Shown here one piece after another: positions 42,327-56,548 of a DNA stretch of 64,000 nt. Origin of the DNA: Escherichia coli (GTDB lineage Bacteria; Pseudomonadota; Gammaproteobacteria; Enterobacterales; Enterobacteriaceae); assembly GCF_030384885.1 (NCBI RefSeq), contig NZ_CP128613.1; one strand, given 5' to 3'. The notes under the pieces are model-generated. The model did not search any database. It was not told the DNA's origin and saw only the letters and a program-made list of their open reading frames with translations. Numbering within the stretch: position 1 is the first letter of the stretch; each line of letters starts with the position of its first letter. The translations under genes and the position numbers were made by a program.

Positions 42327-43043
42327 ATGCGTCCAGCAGGCCGTAGCAATAATCAGGTGCGTCCCGTTACCCTGACTCGTAACTATACAAAACATGCAGA
42401 AGGCTCGGTGCTGGTCGAATTTGGCGATACCAAAGTGTTGTGTACCGCCTCTATTGAAGAAGGCGTGCCGCGCTTCCTGAAAGGTCAGGGCCAGGGCTGG
42501 ATCACCGCAGAATACGGTATGCTGCCGCGTTCTACTCATACCCGTAATGCCCGTGAAGCGGCGAAAGGTAAGCAGGGGGGACGCACAATGGAAATCCAGC
42601 GTCTGATCGCCCGTGCTCTTCGCGCGGCAGTAGATTTGAAAGCGCTGGGTGAGTTCACCATTACGCTGGACTGCGACGTGCTTCAGGCTGATGGTGGCAC
42701 GCGTACCGCTTCTATCACCGGTGCTTGTGTTGCACTAGCCGATGCCCTGAATAAACTGGTTGAAAATGGCAAGCTGAAAACCAACCCGATGAAAGGGATG
42801 GTAGCCGCGGTTTCTGTCGGGATTGTGAACGGCGAAGCGGTTTGCGATCTGGAATACGTTGAAGACTCTGCCGCTGAAACGGACATGAACGTGGTGATGA
42901 CCGAAGACGGGCGCATCATTGAAGTGCAGGGAACGGCAGAAGGCGAGCCGTTTACCCATGAAGAGCTACTCACCTTGTTGGCGCTGGCCCGAGGGGGAAT
43001 CGAATCCATTGTAGCGACGCAGAAGGCGGCGCTGGCAAACTGA
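42327..43043 (+). CDS. rph: Ribonuclease PH, full length
   Basis: [27 protein letters not shown]..., 238 aa ending ...ATQKAALAN, without the K-12 MG1655 rph-1 frameshift. Confidence 0.95.
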
Positions 43044-43050
43044 TTTTTAA

Positions 43051-43076
43051 GGCGACTGATGAGTCGCCTTTTTTTT
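43051..43076 (+). terminator. pyrE attenuator hairpin
   Basis: GGCGACT-GATG-AGTCGCC followed by T8, between rph and pyrE. Confidence 0.75.
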
Positions 43077-43108
43077 GTCTGTAGAAAAGTAAGATGAGGA
43101 GCGAAGGC

Positions 43109-43750
43109 ATGAAACCATATCAGCGCCAGTTTATTGAATTTGCGCTTGGCAAGCAGGTGTTAAAGTTTGGCGAGTTTACGCTGAAGTCCGGGCGCAAAAG
43201 CCCCTATTTCTTCAACGCCGGGCTGTTTAATACCGGGCGCGATCTGGCACTGTTAGGCCGTTTTTACGCTGAAGCGTTAGTGGATTCCGGCATTAAGTTC
43301 GATCTGCTGTTTGGCCCTGCTTACAAAGGGATCCCAATTGCCACCACAACTGCTGTGGCGCTGGCGGAGCATCATGACCTGGATCTGCCGTACTGCTTTA
43401 ACCGCAAAGAAGCAAAAGACCACGGTGAAGGCGGCAATCTGGTCGGTAGCGCGTTACAAGGACGCGTAATGCTGGTGGATGATGTGATCACCGCCGGAAC
43501 GGCGATTCGTGAGTCGATGGAAATTATTCAGGCCAATGGCGCGACGCTTGCTGGCGTATTGATTTCGCTCGATCGTCAGGAGCGTGGTCGCGGCGAGATT
43601 TCGGCAATTCAGGAAGTTGAACGTGATTACAACTGCAAAGTGATCTCTATCATCACCCTGAAAGACTTGATTGCTTATCTGGAAGAGAAGCCAGAAATGG
43701 CGGAACATCTGGCGGCGGTTAAGGCCTATCGCGAAGAGTTCGGCGTTTAA
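43109..43750 (+). CDS. pyrE: Orotate phosphoribosyltransferase
   Basis: [29 protein letters not shown]..., 213 aa. Confidence 0.95.
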   Translation: MKPYQRQFIEFALGKQVLKFGEFTLKSGRKSPYFFNAGLFNTGRDLALLGRFYAEALVDSGIKFDLLFGPAYKGIPIATTTAVALAEHHDLDLPYCFNRKEAKDHGEGGNLVGSALQGRVMLVDDVITAGTAIRESMEIIQANGATLAGVLISLDRQERGRGEISAIQEVERDYNCKVISIITLKDLIAYLEEKPEMAEHLAAVKAYREEFGV

Positions 43751-43786
43751 AGAAACTCGCCGGATGAAAAGTCATCCGGCGTCATA

Positions 43787-44383
43787 TTACTGCAACTGTG
43801 CAGCAATTAGCGGCCAGCGGGCGTCAAAGTCATCCGTCGGGCGGTATTTAAACTCGCTGCGGACAAAGCGTGACAGCATACCTTCACAGAAGGCCAGGAT
43901 CTGGCTTGCCAGCAGTGTTTCATCGGTGGTGTAACCTTCACCCTCACGCATTCTCTTTTCACGCAATACCTGACGCAACTGCGCTTCAATACGCTCGAAC
44001 AGTTGGTTGATGCGCCCTTGCAGGCGGTCTTGTTCAAACATCAGCGCATGCCCGGTAAGGATGCGGGTCAGGCCAGGATTACGCTCACCAAAACCGAGGA
44101 GCAACAACACGATCAGACGCAGGCGCGCTGTGGTGTCCTTCTCATCTTTCAGAATCAGATTGATGCGAGTAATCAGGCTATCTTCGATAAACTCAATCAG
44201 GCTATCGAACATGCGGGTCTTACTGGGGAAGTGGCGATACAGTGCCGCTTCGGAAACGCCGACAGAGGCGGCCAGTTTTGCCGTCGTGATACGTTGGCTT
44301 CCATCGCTGGATTCCAGCATCAGCGCCAGAGACTGAAGTATTTCTTCGCGACGGTTCCTTTTCGCAGTTTGTTTTTCTGCCAT
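43787..44383 (-). CDS. slmA: Nucleoid occlusion factor SlmA (TetR family)
   Basis: [24 protein letters not shown]..., 198 aa. Confidence 0.95.
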
Positions 44384-44489
44384 GTTACAAAATACCCCTG
44401 AAAATAAGCACTTGCCAGGCGGCACCCACGCTATGACCGCAAACGAAATGTTTGCGGCTATGTTATGACGTTATTCGGATGCGTATGTG

Positions 44490-44948
44490 TTACTGACGAC
44501 CAGAGTGACCAAAGCCGCCTTCACCGCGGTCGGTGGCGTCGAAATCTTCCACCAGATTAAATTCAGCCTGTACTACCGGAACAAAAATCATTTGGGCGAT
44601 ACGTTCGCCAGGTTGAATGGTGAAGCTGTCCTGACCACGGTTCCACACAGAGATCATCAACTGGCCCTGATAGTCAGAATCGATCAATCCTACCAGGTTA
44701 CCGAGCACGATACCGTGCTTATGTCCCAATCCGGAACGCGGCAGCATCATGGCTGCCAGTGAAGGATCGGCAATATGAATCGCCAGCCCGGTTGGAACCA
44801 GAGTAGTGGCACCCGGTGCCAGTTCTACGGCGTCGTCGAGACAGGCGCGCAGGTCAAGTCCGGCAGAGCCAGAGGTGGCATAAGTCGGGAGTGGAAATTC
44901 CTTCCCAACGCGCGGGTCCAGAATCTTAACGTCGATTTTTTTCATCAT
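44490..44948 (-). CDS. dut: dUTP diphosphatase
   Basis: [35 protein letters not shown]; the start may be the second ATG. Confidence 0.95.
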   Translation of the reverse strand: MMKKIDVKILDPRVGKEFPLPTYATSGSAGLDLRACLDDAVELAPGATTLVPTGLAIHIADPSLAAMMLPRSGLGHKHGIVLGNLVGLIDSDYQGQLMISVWNRGQDSFTIQPGERIAQMIFVPVVQAEFNLVEDFDATDRGEGGFGHSGRQ

Positions 44949-46146
44949 AACGGGTCACGATCTCGTCGAGTAATAATTGGCCAAGGAGCTCTTTTCGCTC
45001 AAGCGGTAAAACTTTATCTCCGTCCTGCCAGAAAAGGTGTAATGCGTTGCTGTCGCTGTTAAATCCTTGAGTTGGCTGGGAAACATCGTTCGCGCAGATC
45101 AGATCAAGGTTTTTACGGATACGTTTTTGCCGGGCGTATTCTTCCACATTATTTGTTTCGGCGGCAAATCCTACGACGTAGGGTCGATGGTCTTTTAGTG
45201 CGGCAACACCAGCGACGATATCGGGGTTTTTAACCATTTTTATTGTTAATTCATCACCCTGCGTGGCCTGCTTTTTGATTTTCTCTGGGGCCACTGTAGC
45301 GGCGCGATAATCGGCCACGGCGGCGCAACCGATAAAAATATTTTGCTGCTGTACAGAAGCATTTACGGCGGCTTCCATTTCCAGCGCAGTCATTACATCA
45401 ACACGTTTAACAAACGGTGGCGTCGGTAGTGAAACCGGACCTGATACCAGCGTGACGTTCGCGCCACGACGGGCAGCGGCGGCGGCGATAGCAAACCCCA
45501 TCTTGCCGGAGCTGTGATTAGAGATATAACGCACCGGGTCAAGCGGTTCACGCGTCGGACCGGCGGTAATCATAATGTTCAGATGTTTCAGGTCGTTGAC
45601 GGGCGAAAAATGGGCTACCGCCATATCCACAATGGTTAACGGATCGAGCATTCGCCCTGGGCCGATATCACCACAAGCCTGACTGCCACTGTCTGGCCCC
45701 CAGATGAGCAAACCACGGGAAGCAAGCACCTCTAAATTATGCTGCGTGGCAGCGGCACGGTACATCTGCTGGTTCATGGCGGGGAGCACGGCTACAGGCG
45801 CAGGTGTAGCCAGGCAAATCGTCGATACCAGGTCATTCGCCATTCCGGCAGCAACACGGGCAATCAAATCTGCCGTGGCAGGGGCGAGAATCACTAAATC
45901 AGCCCATTTACCCAGCTCAATATGGCCCATAGCGGCTTCGGCTGCCGGGTCAAGCAGACTGTCGGAAACGGGATACCCCGAAACTGCCTGCAAGCTAAGT
46001 GGGGTAATAAAGGCTTTTGCCGCTTCGGTCATGGCTACGCGGACGTCGGCCCCGCGATCGCGCAAACGACGCACCAGTTCAGGGGTTTTATAGGCAGCAA
46101 TACCGCCGCTGACGCCGAGAACGATTTTTTTACCGGCCAGGCTCAT
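44926..46146 (-). CDS. coaBC: Bifunctional phosphopantothenoylcysteine decarboxylase/synthetase
   Basis: [28 protein letters not shown]..., 406 aa from this ATG. Confidence 0.95.
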   Translation of the reverse strand: MSLAGKKIVLGVSGGIAAYKTPELVRRLRDRGADVRVAMTEAAKAFITPLSLQAVSGYPVSDSLLDPAAEAAMGHIELGKWADLVILAPATADLIARVAAGMANDLVSTICLATPAPVAVLPAMNQQMYRAAATQHNLEVLASRGLLIWGPDSGSQACGDIGPGRMLDPLTIVDMAVAHFSPVNDLKHLNIMITAGPTREPLDPVRYISNHSSGKMGFAIAAAAARRGANVTLVSGPVSLPTPPFVKRVDVMTALEMEAAVNASVQQQNIFIGCAAVADYRAATVAPEKIKKQATQGDELTIKMVKNPDIVAGVAALKDHRPYVVGFAAETNNVEEYARQKRIRKNLDLICANDVSQPTQGFNSDSNALHLFWQDGDKVLPLERKELLGQLLLDEIVTRYDEKNRR

Positions 46147-46311
46147 GATGATTTTTCCTGTTGGGTGACACCAGAAGTTGGCGATTTTATCACAATACTT
46201 TTGTTGTCGTGCCTTCACCTGAGAATCACTTTGCGAGGCGCTTTCCAGGATTGAAAACTGGCCGTCGATTTAACGGAACGGCTATGACAGGATGCGAGCA
46301 CCACAAAGGAG

Positions 46312-46986
46312 GTGAAGGTGAAAAACAATGCACAGCTGTTGATGCCGCGCGAAAAAATGCTGAAGTTTGGTATTAGCGCCTTAACGGATGTCGAGCTGCT
46401 GGCGCTATTTCTGCGTACCGGAACGCGCGGTAAAGATGTATTAACCCTGGCAAAAGAGATGCTGGAGAATTTCGGCTCTCTTTATGGCTTGTTAACCTCT
46501 GAATATGAACAGTTTAGTGGCGTTCATGGAATTGGCGTGGCGAAATTTGCCCAGTGAAAGGGGATTGCTGAACTGGCGCGGCGTTACTACAACGTGCGGA
46601 TGCGTGAAGAAAGCCCTTTACTCAGCCCGGAGATGACGAGGGAATTTTTACAAAGCCAGCTCACGGGCGAGGAGCGGGAGATCTTTATGGTGATCTTTCT
46701 CGACTCCCAACACAGGGTTATAACGCATAGCCGTCTTTTTTCCGGCACGCTAAACCATGTTGAAGTCCATCCTCGGGAAATTATCCGCGAAGCGATAAAA
46801 ATAAACGCCTCGGCGCTGATCCTTGCACATAATCACCCTTCGGGTTGTGCTGAACCCAGTAAAGCGGATAAACTCATCACCGAACGGATAATAAAGAGTT
46901 GTCAGTTCATGGATTTACGCGTGCTCGACCATATCGTGATTGGGCGTGGAGAGTATGTTTCTTTTGCCGAACGCGGCTGGATTTAA
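46312..46986 (+). pseudogene. yicR: yicR (radC-like JAB/MPN protein) interrupted by an in-frame TGA at 46555-46557
   Basis: Track ORFs 46312-46557 and 46594-46986 are in the same frame. Read through, the text gives ...[25 protein letters not shown]..., which is continuous YicR sequence. Confidence 0.8.
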
Positions 46987-47181
46987 CCCGCTATGCGCGA
47001 TCCTTCGGGATCTTTGTCTGTTCGGGACTTGAGCACATCGCTGAGTCAGCGTATACTACGCCACCTTTGAGAATCTCGGGTTTGGCATTTGGGCCTGGCA
47101 ATCGAGAGTTCACATAGAACTGCGATGACCGGGCTGTAAAGCCTGACGAGGCGCCAATACCCCATACGAAGCTCGAGCTAA

Positions 47182-47439
<258 letters not shown>

Positions 47440-47456
47440 GTACTTAGAGGAAATAA

Positions 47457-47627
<171 letters not shown>

Positions 47628-47647
47628 TTCTCGCTTTGATGTAACGA

Positions 47648-47676
47648 AAAACCTCGCTCCGGCGGGGTTTTTTGTT
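47648..47676 (+). terminator. rpmBG terminator
   Basis: A GC hairpin (CCTCGCTCCGGCGGGG) is followed by a T-run. Confidence 0.6.
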
Positions 47677-47724
47677 ATCTGCTTGCCCCCATATTGACTG
47701 CATCTGTTCATTCCCGGAGATGCT

Positions 47725-48534
47725 ATGCCTGAATTACCCGAAGTTGAAACCAGCCGACGCGGCATCGAACCGCATCTCGTTGGTGCAACCATTCTTCATG
47801 CGGTGGTGCGCAACGGTCGCTTGCGCTGGCCGGTTTCGGAAGAGATCTACCGTTTAAGCGACCAACCAGTGCTTAGCGTGCAGCGCCGGGCTAAATATCT
47901 GCTGCTGGAGCTGCCTGAGGGCTGGATTATCATTCATTTGGGGATGTCTGGCAGCCTGCGCATCCTTTCAGAAGAACTTCCTCCCGAAAAGCATGACCAT
48001 GTTGATTTGGTGATGAGCAACGGCAAAGTACTGCGCTATACCGATCCGCGCCGTTTTGGTGCCTGGCTGTGGACCAAAGAGCTGGAAGGGCATAATGTGC
48101 TGGCCCACCTTGGACCGGAACCACTTAGCGACGATTTCAACGGTGAGTACCTGCATCAGAAGTGCGCGAAGAAAAAAACGGCGATTAAACCGTGGCTGAT
48201 GGATAACAAGCTGGTGGTAGGCGTAGGGAATATCTATGCCAGCGAATCTCTGTTTGCGGCGGGGATCCATCCGGATCGGCTGGCGTCATCACTGTCACTG
48301 GCAGAGTGTGAATTGTTAGCTCGGGTGATTAAAGCGGTGTTGCTGCGTTCGATTGAGCAGGGCGGTACAACGCTGAAAGATTTTCTGCAAAGTGATGGTA
48401 AACCGGGCTATTTCGCTCAGGAATTGCAGGTCTACGGGCGAAAAGGTGAGCCGTGTCGGGTGTGTGGTACGCCGATTATGGCGACGAAACATGCACAACG
48501 GGCGACGTTTTATTGTCGGCAGTGCCAGAAGTAA
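47725..48534 (+). CDS. mutM: Formamidopyrimidine-DNA glycosylase
   Basis: [18 protein letters not shown]... with a C-terminal zinc finger CRVCGTPI...FYCRQCQK. Confidence 0.95.
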   Translation: MPELPEVETSRRGIEPHLVGATILHAVVRNGRLRWPVSEEIYRLSDQPVLSVQRRAKYLLLELPEGWIIIHLGMSGSLRILSEELPPEKHDHVDLVMSNGKVLRYTDPRRFGAWLWTKELEGHNVLAHLGPEPLSDDFNGEYLHQKCAKKKTAIKPWLMDNKLVVGVGNIYASESLFAAGIHPDRLASSLSLAECELLARVIKAVLLRSIEQGGTTLKDFLQSDGKPGYFAQELQVYGRKGEPCRVCGTPIMATKHAQRATFYCRQCQK

Positions 48535-48542
48535 TTGATGCG

Positions 48543-48564
48543 CGCCGGATGGCATACCATCCGG
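48543..48564. terminator. Hairpin between the convergent mutM and coaD
   Basis: GCCGGATGG-CATA-CCATCCGGC. Confidence 0.55.
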
Positions 48565-48572
48565 CATAAACG

Positions 48573-50337
<1,765 letters not shown>

Positions 50338-50660
50338 AGTAAATAGCTGACTTATGGATGTGCTGGGGATTCTATGTATTTAGCTGTGGCTTTACCATTA
50401 CTTTTCCCGTTTTTGACTTAAATAGCAATTTACCCGCCAATTCTTGCTGAACATCTATACTTTTTTTGTATTTTTATGCGATTCATTGATTTCCGCAGTA
50501 CGTGCAGTAAGGAATCGCGGAGCAACAGTGAAAGAATATTGTTGCTAATGATTTTATTTGATTGATTTCTTTATTGAAAAACAACGATGTGCTTAAAAAT
50601 CATTCGGATCGGATTGCCGCGAAAGAAGTGATACACTAGCGCGTCAATATCAGTACGGTA

Positions 50661-50701
50661 TCAGTATTCAGGTAGCTGTTGAGCCTGGGGCGGTAGCGTG
50701 C
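50661..50701 (+). promoter_or_regulatory. JUMPstart region containing the ops element GGCGGTAGCGTG (50689-50700), upstream of waaQ
   Basis: There is an exact match to the RfaH-dependent ops sequence in the long waaA-waaQ spacer. Confidence 0.8.
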
Positions 50702-50749
50702 TTTTTCTGCTTCACCTTAATCGGATAATCTCAACAAAAAGAGTTACTT

Positions 50750-51808
50750 GTGGATAAGCCATTTCGAAGAATTTTGCTCATTAAGATGCGTTTTCATGGG
50801 GATATGTTATTAACTACTCCCGTCATTAGTTCGCTGAAAAAAAATTACCCTGACGCAAAAATCGATGTGCTGCTTTATCAGGACACCATCCCGATCCTAT
50901 CTGAAAATCCAGAGATTAACGCGCTCTACGGCATAAAAAATAAAAAAGCAAAAGCTTCAGAAAAAATTGCCAACTTTTTTCATCTCATCAAGGTATTACG
51001 TGCCAATAAGTATGACCTTATCGTTAATCTTACCGATCAATGGATGGTTGCTATACTGGTTCGCTTATTAAATGCCCGTGTGAAAATTTCCCAGGATTAT
51101 CATCATCGGCAGTCTGCTTTTTGGCGTAAAAGCTTCACCCATCTGGTGCCGTTGCAGGGTGGAAATGTGGTGGAAAGTAACTTATCCGTGCTGACGCCAT
51201 TGGGACTTGAATCGTTGGTGAAGCAGACAACCATGAGTTACCCGCCTGCAAGCTGGAAACGTATGCGTCGCGAACTTGATCACGCAGGTGTTGGACAAAA
51301 TTATGTGGTTATCCAACCTACGGCGCGGCAAATCTTCAAATGCTGGGACAACGGCAAGTTTTCCGCTGTGATTGATGCCTTACATACACGTGGCTATGAA
51401 GTCGTTCTGACGTCCGGCCCGGATAAAGACGATCTGGCCTGCGTCAATGAAATTGCGCAGGGATGCCAGACGCCACCAGTAACGGCGTTGGCCGGAAAGG
51501 TAACCTTCCCGGAACTTGGTGCGTTAATCGATCATGCGCAGCTGTTTATTGGCGTTGATTCCGCACCGGCGCACATTGCCGCTGCAGTTAATACGCCGCT
51601 GATATCGCTGTTTGGTGCAACAGACCATATTTTCTGGCGTCCCTGGTCAAATAACATGATTCAATTCTGGGCGGGAGATTACCGGGAAATGCCAACACGC
51701 GATCAGCGTGACCGAAATGAGATGTATCTTTCGGTTATTCCGGCGGCAGATGTCATTGCTGCTGTTGATAAATTATTGCCATCCTCCACGACAGGTACGT
51801 CGTTATGA
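50750..51808 (+). CDS. waaQ: LPS heptosyltransferase III
   Basis: GT9 family with RFHGDMLLTTPVISSLKKNYPDAKIDVLLYQDT. A GTG start is at 50750; an alternative ATG is at 50786. Confidence 0.9.
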   Translation: MDKPFRRILLIKMRFHGDMLLTTPVISSLKKNYPDAKIDVLLYQDTIPILSENPEINALYGIKNKKAKASEKIANFFHLIKVLRANKYDLIVNLTDQWMVAILVRLLNARVKISQDYHHRQSAFWRKSFTHLVPLQGGNVVESNLSVLTPLGLESLVKQTTMSYPPASWKRMRRELDHAGVGQNYVVIQPTARQIFKCWDNGKFSAVIDALHTRGYEVVLTSGPDKDDLACVNEIAQGCQTPPVTALAGKVTFPELGALIDHAQLFIGVDSAPAHIAAAVNTPLISLFGATDHIFWRPWSNNMIQFWAGDYREMPTRDQRDRNEMYLSVIPAADVIAAVDKLLPSSTTGTSL

Positions 51809-52929
51809 TCGTTGCTTTCTGTTTATATAAATATTTTCCCTTTGGCGGTTTGCAACGCGATTTTATGCGTATTGCTCAGACAGTCGCCGCCCGAGGTCAT
51901 CATGTTCGGGTTTATGCCCAGTCGTGGGAAGGCGAATGCCCTGATATATTTGAACTGATCAAAGTGCCGGTTAAATCGCATACCAATCACGGGCGCAATG
52001 CGGAGTATTTTGCCTGGGTGCAAAAACATTTACGTGAACATCCCGTCGATAGAGTCGTTGGATTCAACAAAATGCCGGGGCTGGACGTTTATTATGCCGC
52101 TGATGTTTGTTATGCCGAGAAAGTAGCGCAGGAGAAAGGCTTTTTCTATCGCCTGACGTCACGTTATCGCCATTATGCCGCCTTTGAGCGGGCAACCTTC
52201 GAACAGGGCAAGCCGACACAGCTGCTGATGCTGACGGACAAGCAAATCGCCGATTTCCAGAAACATTATCAGACTGAAGCGGAGCGTTTTCATATTCTGC
52301 CACCGGGGATTTATCCTGATCGTAAATATAGCCAGCAGCCAGCCAATAGCCGTGAAATCTTCCGTAAGAAGAATGGAATAACCGAACAACAATATTTATT
52401 GTTGCAGGTCGGTTCAGACTTCACGCGTAAAGGTGTTGATCGTTCCATTGAAGCACTTGCTTCATTACCGGATTCGCTGCGCCACAACACATTGCTATAT
52501 GTTGTTGGGCAGGATAAACCGCGAAAATTTGAGGCGCTGGCAGAAAAACGCGGCGTGCGCAGTAATGTTCACTTCTTCTCTGGGCGTAACGATGTCTCGG
52601 AATTAATGGCGGCGGCGGATTTATTACTGCATCCTGCCTATCAGGAAGCGGCTGGAATTGTGCTGCTGGAAGCGATTACTGCAGGATTACCGGTTCTAAC
52701 AACTGCTGTTTGTGGTTATGCGCATTATATTGTTGACGCTAATTGCGGCGAGGCTATTGCTGAGCCGTTCCGCCAGGAAACATTGAATGAGTTTTTACGC
52801 AAAGCGTTAACGCAATCTTCATTGCGCCAGGCCTGGGCTGAAAATGCGCGACATTATGCTGATACACAAGATTTATACAGTCTGCCAGAGAAAGCGGCGG
52901 ATATCATAACGGGTGGTCTGGATGGTTGA
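51805..52929 (+). CDS. waaG: LPS core glucosyltransferase I (GT4)
   Basis: 374 aa, [24 protein letters not shown]. Confidence 0.95.
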   Translation: MIVAFCLYKYFPFGGLQRDFMRIAQTVAARGHHVRVYAQSWEGECPDIFELIKVPVKSHTNHGRNAEYFAWVQKHLREHPVDRVVGFNKMPGLDVYYAADVCYAEKVAQEKGFFYRLTSRYRHYAAFERATFEQGKPTQLLMLTDKQIADFQKHYQTEAERFHILPPGIYPDRKYSQQPANSREIFRKKNGITEQQYLLLQVGSDFTRKGVDRSIEALASLPDSLRHNTLLYVVGQDKPRKFEALAEKRGVRSNVHFFSGRNDVSELMAAADLLLHPAYQEAAGIVLLEAITAGLPVLTTAVCGYAHYIVDANCGEAIAEPFRQETLNEFLRKALTQSSLRQAWAENARHYADTQDLYSLPEKAADIITGGLDG

Positions 52930-53719
52930 ACTGAAAGAGCCGTTTGCCACGTTATGGCGCGGTAAAGATCCTTTTGAGGAGGTTAAAACCTTGCAGGGTG
53001 AGGTATTTCGTGAACTGGAAACTCGCCGCACTCTGCGCTTTGAAATGGCGGGCAAAAGCTATTTTCTCAAATGGCATCGCGGCACGACCCTGAAAGAGAT
53101 AATCAAAAATTTACTCTCATTGCGGATGCCAGTATTAGGCGCAGACCGCGAATGGAATGCGATTCATCGGCTGCGGGATGTCGGCGTTGATACTATGTAT
53201 GGGGTGGCATTCGGCGAAAAAGGCATTAATCCGCTGACCAGAACCTCGTTTATTATAACCGAAGATCTGACACCAACCATCAGTCTGGAAGATTACTGTG
53301 CTGACTGGGCGACTAACCCTCCAGATGTTCGCGTAAAGCGTATGCTTATTAAGCGTGTCGCGACGATGGTGCGCGATATGCATGCTGCGGGCATTAACCA
53401 CCGTGACTGTTATATCTGTCATTTCCTGCTGCACTTGCCTTTTTCTGGTAGGGAAGAGGAGTTAAAAATTTCGGTAATTGACCTGCACCGGGCGCAGCTT
53501 CGCACGCGCGTTCCACGTCGTTGGCGCGATAAAGATCTTATTGGGCTTTATTTTTCTTCGATGAATATTGGCCTGACTCAGCGGGATATCTGGCGGTTCA
53601 TGAAGGTGTATTTTGCTGCCCCGCTTAAAGACATTCTCAAGCAGGAACAAGGGCTGCTGTCGCAAGCAGAAGCAAAAGCCACAAAAATCAGGGAAAGAAC
53701 GATTCGAAAATCGTTGTAA
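52922..53719 (+). CDS. waaP: LPS core heptose I kinase
   Basis: [21 protein letters not shown]..., 265 aa. Confidence 0.95.
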   Translation: MVELKEPFATLWRGKDPFEEVKTLQGEVFRELETRRTLRFEMAGKSYFLKWHRGTTLKEIIKNLLSLRMPVLGADREWNAIHRLRDVGVDTMYGVAFGEKGINPLTRTSFIITEDLTPTISLEDYCADWATNPPDVRVKRMLIKRVATMVRDMHAAGINHRDCYICHFLLHLPFSGREEELKISVIDLHRAQLRTRVPRRWRDKDLIGLYFSSMNIGLTQRDIWRFMKVYFAAPLKDILKQEQGLLSQAEAKATKIRERTIRKSL

Positions 53720-53761
53720 CCCGTAACTTATTTTTGCCAAAAATTTGGATACAGAGTAAAT

Positions 53762-54769
53762 ATGTCTCAACTCAATGATAGTGACATCATCCTTTTTGAG
53801 TATAATTTTCATTATAAGAATATAAGATCTAAAAATACTCTTGATATAGCATTTGGAATTGATAGAAATTTTCTTTTTGGATGTGGTGTAGCCATTGCAT
53901 CTATTCTATTAAACAATAGCGAAATCTCTTGTGAATTTCATGTTTTCACAGATTATATCAGTGATAAAGACAAGTTATATTTTTCCGATTTAGCAAAACA
54001 ATATAATTCAAGAATTAATATTTATGTTATCAATTGTGATAAGCTGAAGTCATTACCAAGCACGAAAAACTGGACTTACGCAACATATTTTCGATTTATA
54101 ATTGCAGATTATTTCTATAGTAAACATGAAAAAATACTATATCTTGATGCAGATATTGCTTGCAAGGGTAGTATTAAAGAACTCTTAGATTATCAATTTT
54201 CTACTAATGAAATTGCCGCAGTTGTAGCTGAAAGAGATGTTGAATGGTGGCAGAATCGAGCCTCGATACTAACTACACCGCAATTAGCTTCTGGATATTT
54301 TAATGCTGGTTTTTTGCTGATAAATATTGTTGAGTGGAATCGAAATAACATTTCGTCAAAAGCTATTGAAATGTTGCGTGATCCAGATTGGGTAAGTAAA
54401 ATCACCCACCTTGATCAAGATGTCCTGAATGTATTATTGAATGGTAAAGTCAAATTTATATCAGAAAAATATAATACCCGATATAGTATTAACTATGAAT
54501 TAAAAGACAAGGTTGATAATCCAGTCAATGATGACACTGTGTTCATACACTATGTAGGGCCTACAAAACCCTGGCATGAGTGGGCTGATTATCCTGTGTC
54601 ACGTAGTTTTTTGATCGCCAAAGCTGCTTCTCCGTGGTGTAAAGAAGATTTACTTAAACCTGTAAATAGCAATCAGTATCGGTATTGCGCAAAACATAAA
54701 TTTAAACAAAAGCATTATATAGCAAGCATTCTTAATTATTTAAAATATTATAAAGAAAAATGCTTCTAA
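53762..54769 (+). CDS. waaI: GT8 outer-core hexosyltransferase (first outer-core GT, R3-type position)
   Basis: GT8 motifs (LYLDADI, PDQD-like HLDQDVLN). The symbol is assigned from R3 gene order only. Confidence 0.7.
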   Translation: MSQLNDSDIILFEYNFHYKNIRSKNTLDIAFGIDRNFLFGCGVAIASILLNNSEISCEFHVFTDYISDKDKLYFSDLAKQYNSRINIYVINCDKLKSLPSTKNWTYATYFRFIIADYFYSKHEKILYLDADIACKGSIKELLDYQFSTNEIAAVVAERDVEWWQNRASILTTPQLASGYFNAGFLLINIVEWNRNNISSKAIEMLRDPDWVSKITHLDQDVLNVLLNGKVKFISEKYNTRYSINYELKDKVDNPVNDDTVFIHYVGPTKPWHEWADYPVSRSFLIAKAASPWCKEDLLKPVNSNQYRYCAKHKFKQKHYIASILNYLKYYKEKCF

Positions 54770-54794
54770 ATATTTAAGGTTAAAATACTTCATC

Positions 54795-55502
54795 ATGATA
54801 TATAATAAAACGATAAATGGGTTGAAAGTTCTCATAAAAGATAATGATCCCTTTTACGAGCAAGTTCTGAATGACTTTTTAACTTGTAGGATTAAAACAT
54901 TAAAAGTTTTTCGTTCTATTGATGATACTAAAGTCATTCTTATTGACACTGCTCGCGGACCTCTTGTGCTTAAAGTTTATGCGCCAAAGCATAAAATGGC
55001 CGAACGTTTCTTAAAATCTTGTGTCAAAAAAGATTATTATGAGAACTTAATTTATCAAACTGATCGGGTACGTGGTGAGGGCATCCAATCAATTAATGAC
55101 TATTTTTTACTTGCTGAACGTAAAACATTAAATTTCTCACATTATTATATTATGCTCATTGAGTATATTGAAGGTGTGGGGTTAAATGAGTATTCGGAAA
55201 TTTCAGAAGATCTGAAGCATCAATTATCAGAATCGATTAAAGAGTTGCATCAGCATGGAATGGTGTCTGGCGATCCTCATAAAGGAAATTTTATAGTATC
55301 CGAAAAAGGATTAAGACTAATAGACCTTTCAGGTAAAAAAACAACCGCAGTTTTAAAAGCGAAAGATCGTATTGATCTCGAACGGCACTATAATATAAAA
55401 AATGAATTGAAAGACTTTGGCTATACATACCTTGTATTCAAAAAGAAAATTAAAAAAGCAATCAGGGATGTAAAAATCAAGCTGGGATTGAAGAACAAAT
55501 AA
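54795..55502 (+). CDS. waaY: LPS core heptose II kinase
   Basis: The 235-aa protein is kinase-like (GDPHKGNF) and sits between the two GT8 genes. Confidence 0.8.
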   Translation: MIYNKTINGLKVLIKDNDPFYEQVLNDFLTCRIKTLKVFRSIDDTKVILIDTARGPLVLKVYAPKHKMAERFLKSCVKKDYYENLIYQTDRVRGEGIQSINDYFLLAERKTLNFSHYYIMLIEYIEGVGLNEYSEISEDLKHQLSESIKELHQHGMVSGDPHKGNFIVSEKGLRLIDLSGKKTTAVLKAKDRIDLERHYNIKNELKDFGYTYLVFKKKIKKAIRDVKIKLGLKNK

Positions 55503-55526
55503 TATTTATGATGAAGGGTAACTAAA

Positions 55527-56540
55527 TTGGATTTTAAACATCTTACTCGATTTAAAGATATAATTGAACTGGACAAACGCCCTGTTAAAATTGAAGAACG
55601 GGAAACGTTCAATGTCTCATGGGGTATTGATGAGAACTACCAGATTGGGGCTGCGATTTCAATTGCTTCAATTCTTGAAAATAATAAAGAAAACAACTTC
55701 ACCTTTCACGTAATCGCTGATTACTTAGACAAAGAGTATATTGAATTATTATCACAATTAGCAACGAAATATCGAACGGTTATTAAATTATATCATATTG
55801 ATTCTGAGCCACTGAAAGCGTTACCTCAATCAAATATCTGGCCAGTATCTATTTATTATCGTTTGCTTTCATTTGATTATTTTTCTTCGCGATTAGATTC
55901 ATTATTATATCTTGATGCTGATATTGTCTGTAAGGGTTCATTAAATGAGTTACTGGAATTAGAATTTAAAGATGAATATGGTGCTGTAGTAATTGATGTT
56001 GATGCTATGCAAAGTAAAAGTGCTGAGCGTTTGTGTAATGGGGATTTTAACGGTAGCTATTTTAACTCTGGTGTAATGTATATTAATTTACGAGAATGGT
56101 TAAAACAAAGACTAACGGAGAAATTCTTTGATCTATTATCAGATGAGTCAATTATCAAAAAATTAAAGTACCCGGATCAAGATATTTTAAACTTAATGTT
56201 TCTACATCATGCTAAAATATTACCAAGAAAATATAATTGTATTTATACTATAAAATCAGAATTTGAAGAAAAAAATAGCGAATATTATACCCGTTTTATT
56301 AATGATGAAACTGTCTTCATACATTACACTGGTGTAACTAAGCCATGGCATGATTGGGCGAACTATGCATCGGCAGATTATTTTCGTAATATTTATAATA
56401 TATCTCCATGGAGAAATATACCTTATAAAAAAGCTGTTAAAAAACATGAGTATAAAGAAAAATATAAGCACTTGCTTTACCAGAAAAAATTTCTTGATGG
56501 TGTTTTTACAGCAATTAAATATAATGTTATGAAAGGTTAA
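55527..56540 (+). CDS. waaJ: GT8 outer-core hexosyltransferase (WaaJ/R/T family)
   Basis: LYLDADIVCKG, YPDQDILN and a C-terminal KYKHLLYQ resemble K-12 WaaJ. TTG start with an SD. Confidence 0.7.
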   Translation: MDFKHLTRFKDIIELDKRPVKIEERETFNVSWGIDENYQIGAAISIASILENNKENNFTFHVIADYLDKEYIELLSQLATKYRTVIKLYHIDSEPLKALPQSNIWPVSIYYRLLSFDYFSSRLDSLLYLDADIVCKGSLNELLELEFKDEYGAVVIDVDAMQSKSAERLCNGDFNGSYFNSGVMYINLREWLKQRLTEKFFDLLSDESIIKKLKYPDQDILNLMFLHHAKILPRKYNCIYTIKSEFEEKNSEYYTRFINDETVFIHYTGVTKPWHDWANYASADYFRNIYNISPWRNIPYKKAVKKHEYKEKYKHLLYQKKFLDGVFTAIKYNVMKG

Positions 56541-56548
56541 TATTCGAG

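Noticed and set aside
44926-46218. The long 5' extensions of the track ORFs for coaBC, and likewise for recG, gmk, slmA, yicG, yicH, xanP, pyrE, rph, coaD and yicJ
   Set aside because: The conserved protein N-termini begin at internal ATGs. The extensions overlap upstream genes or lack an SD, so the shorter coordinates are used.
46555-46557. The TGA in yicR as a possible selenocysteine codon, given that selC is in the same window
   Set aside because: I can find no stable SECIS-like hairpin in the ~40 nt downstream. The homologous residue is an ordinary Leu, and YicR is not a known selenoprotein.
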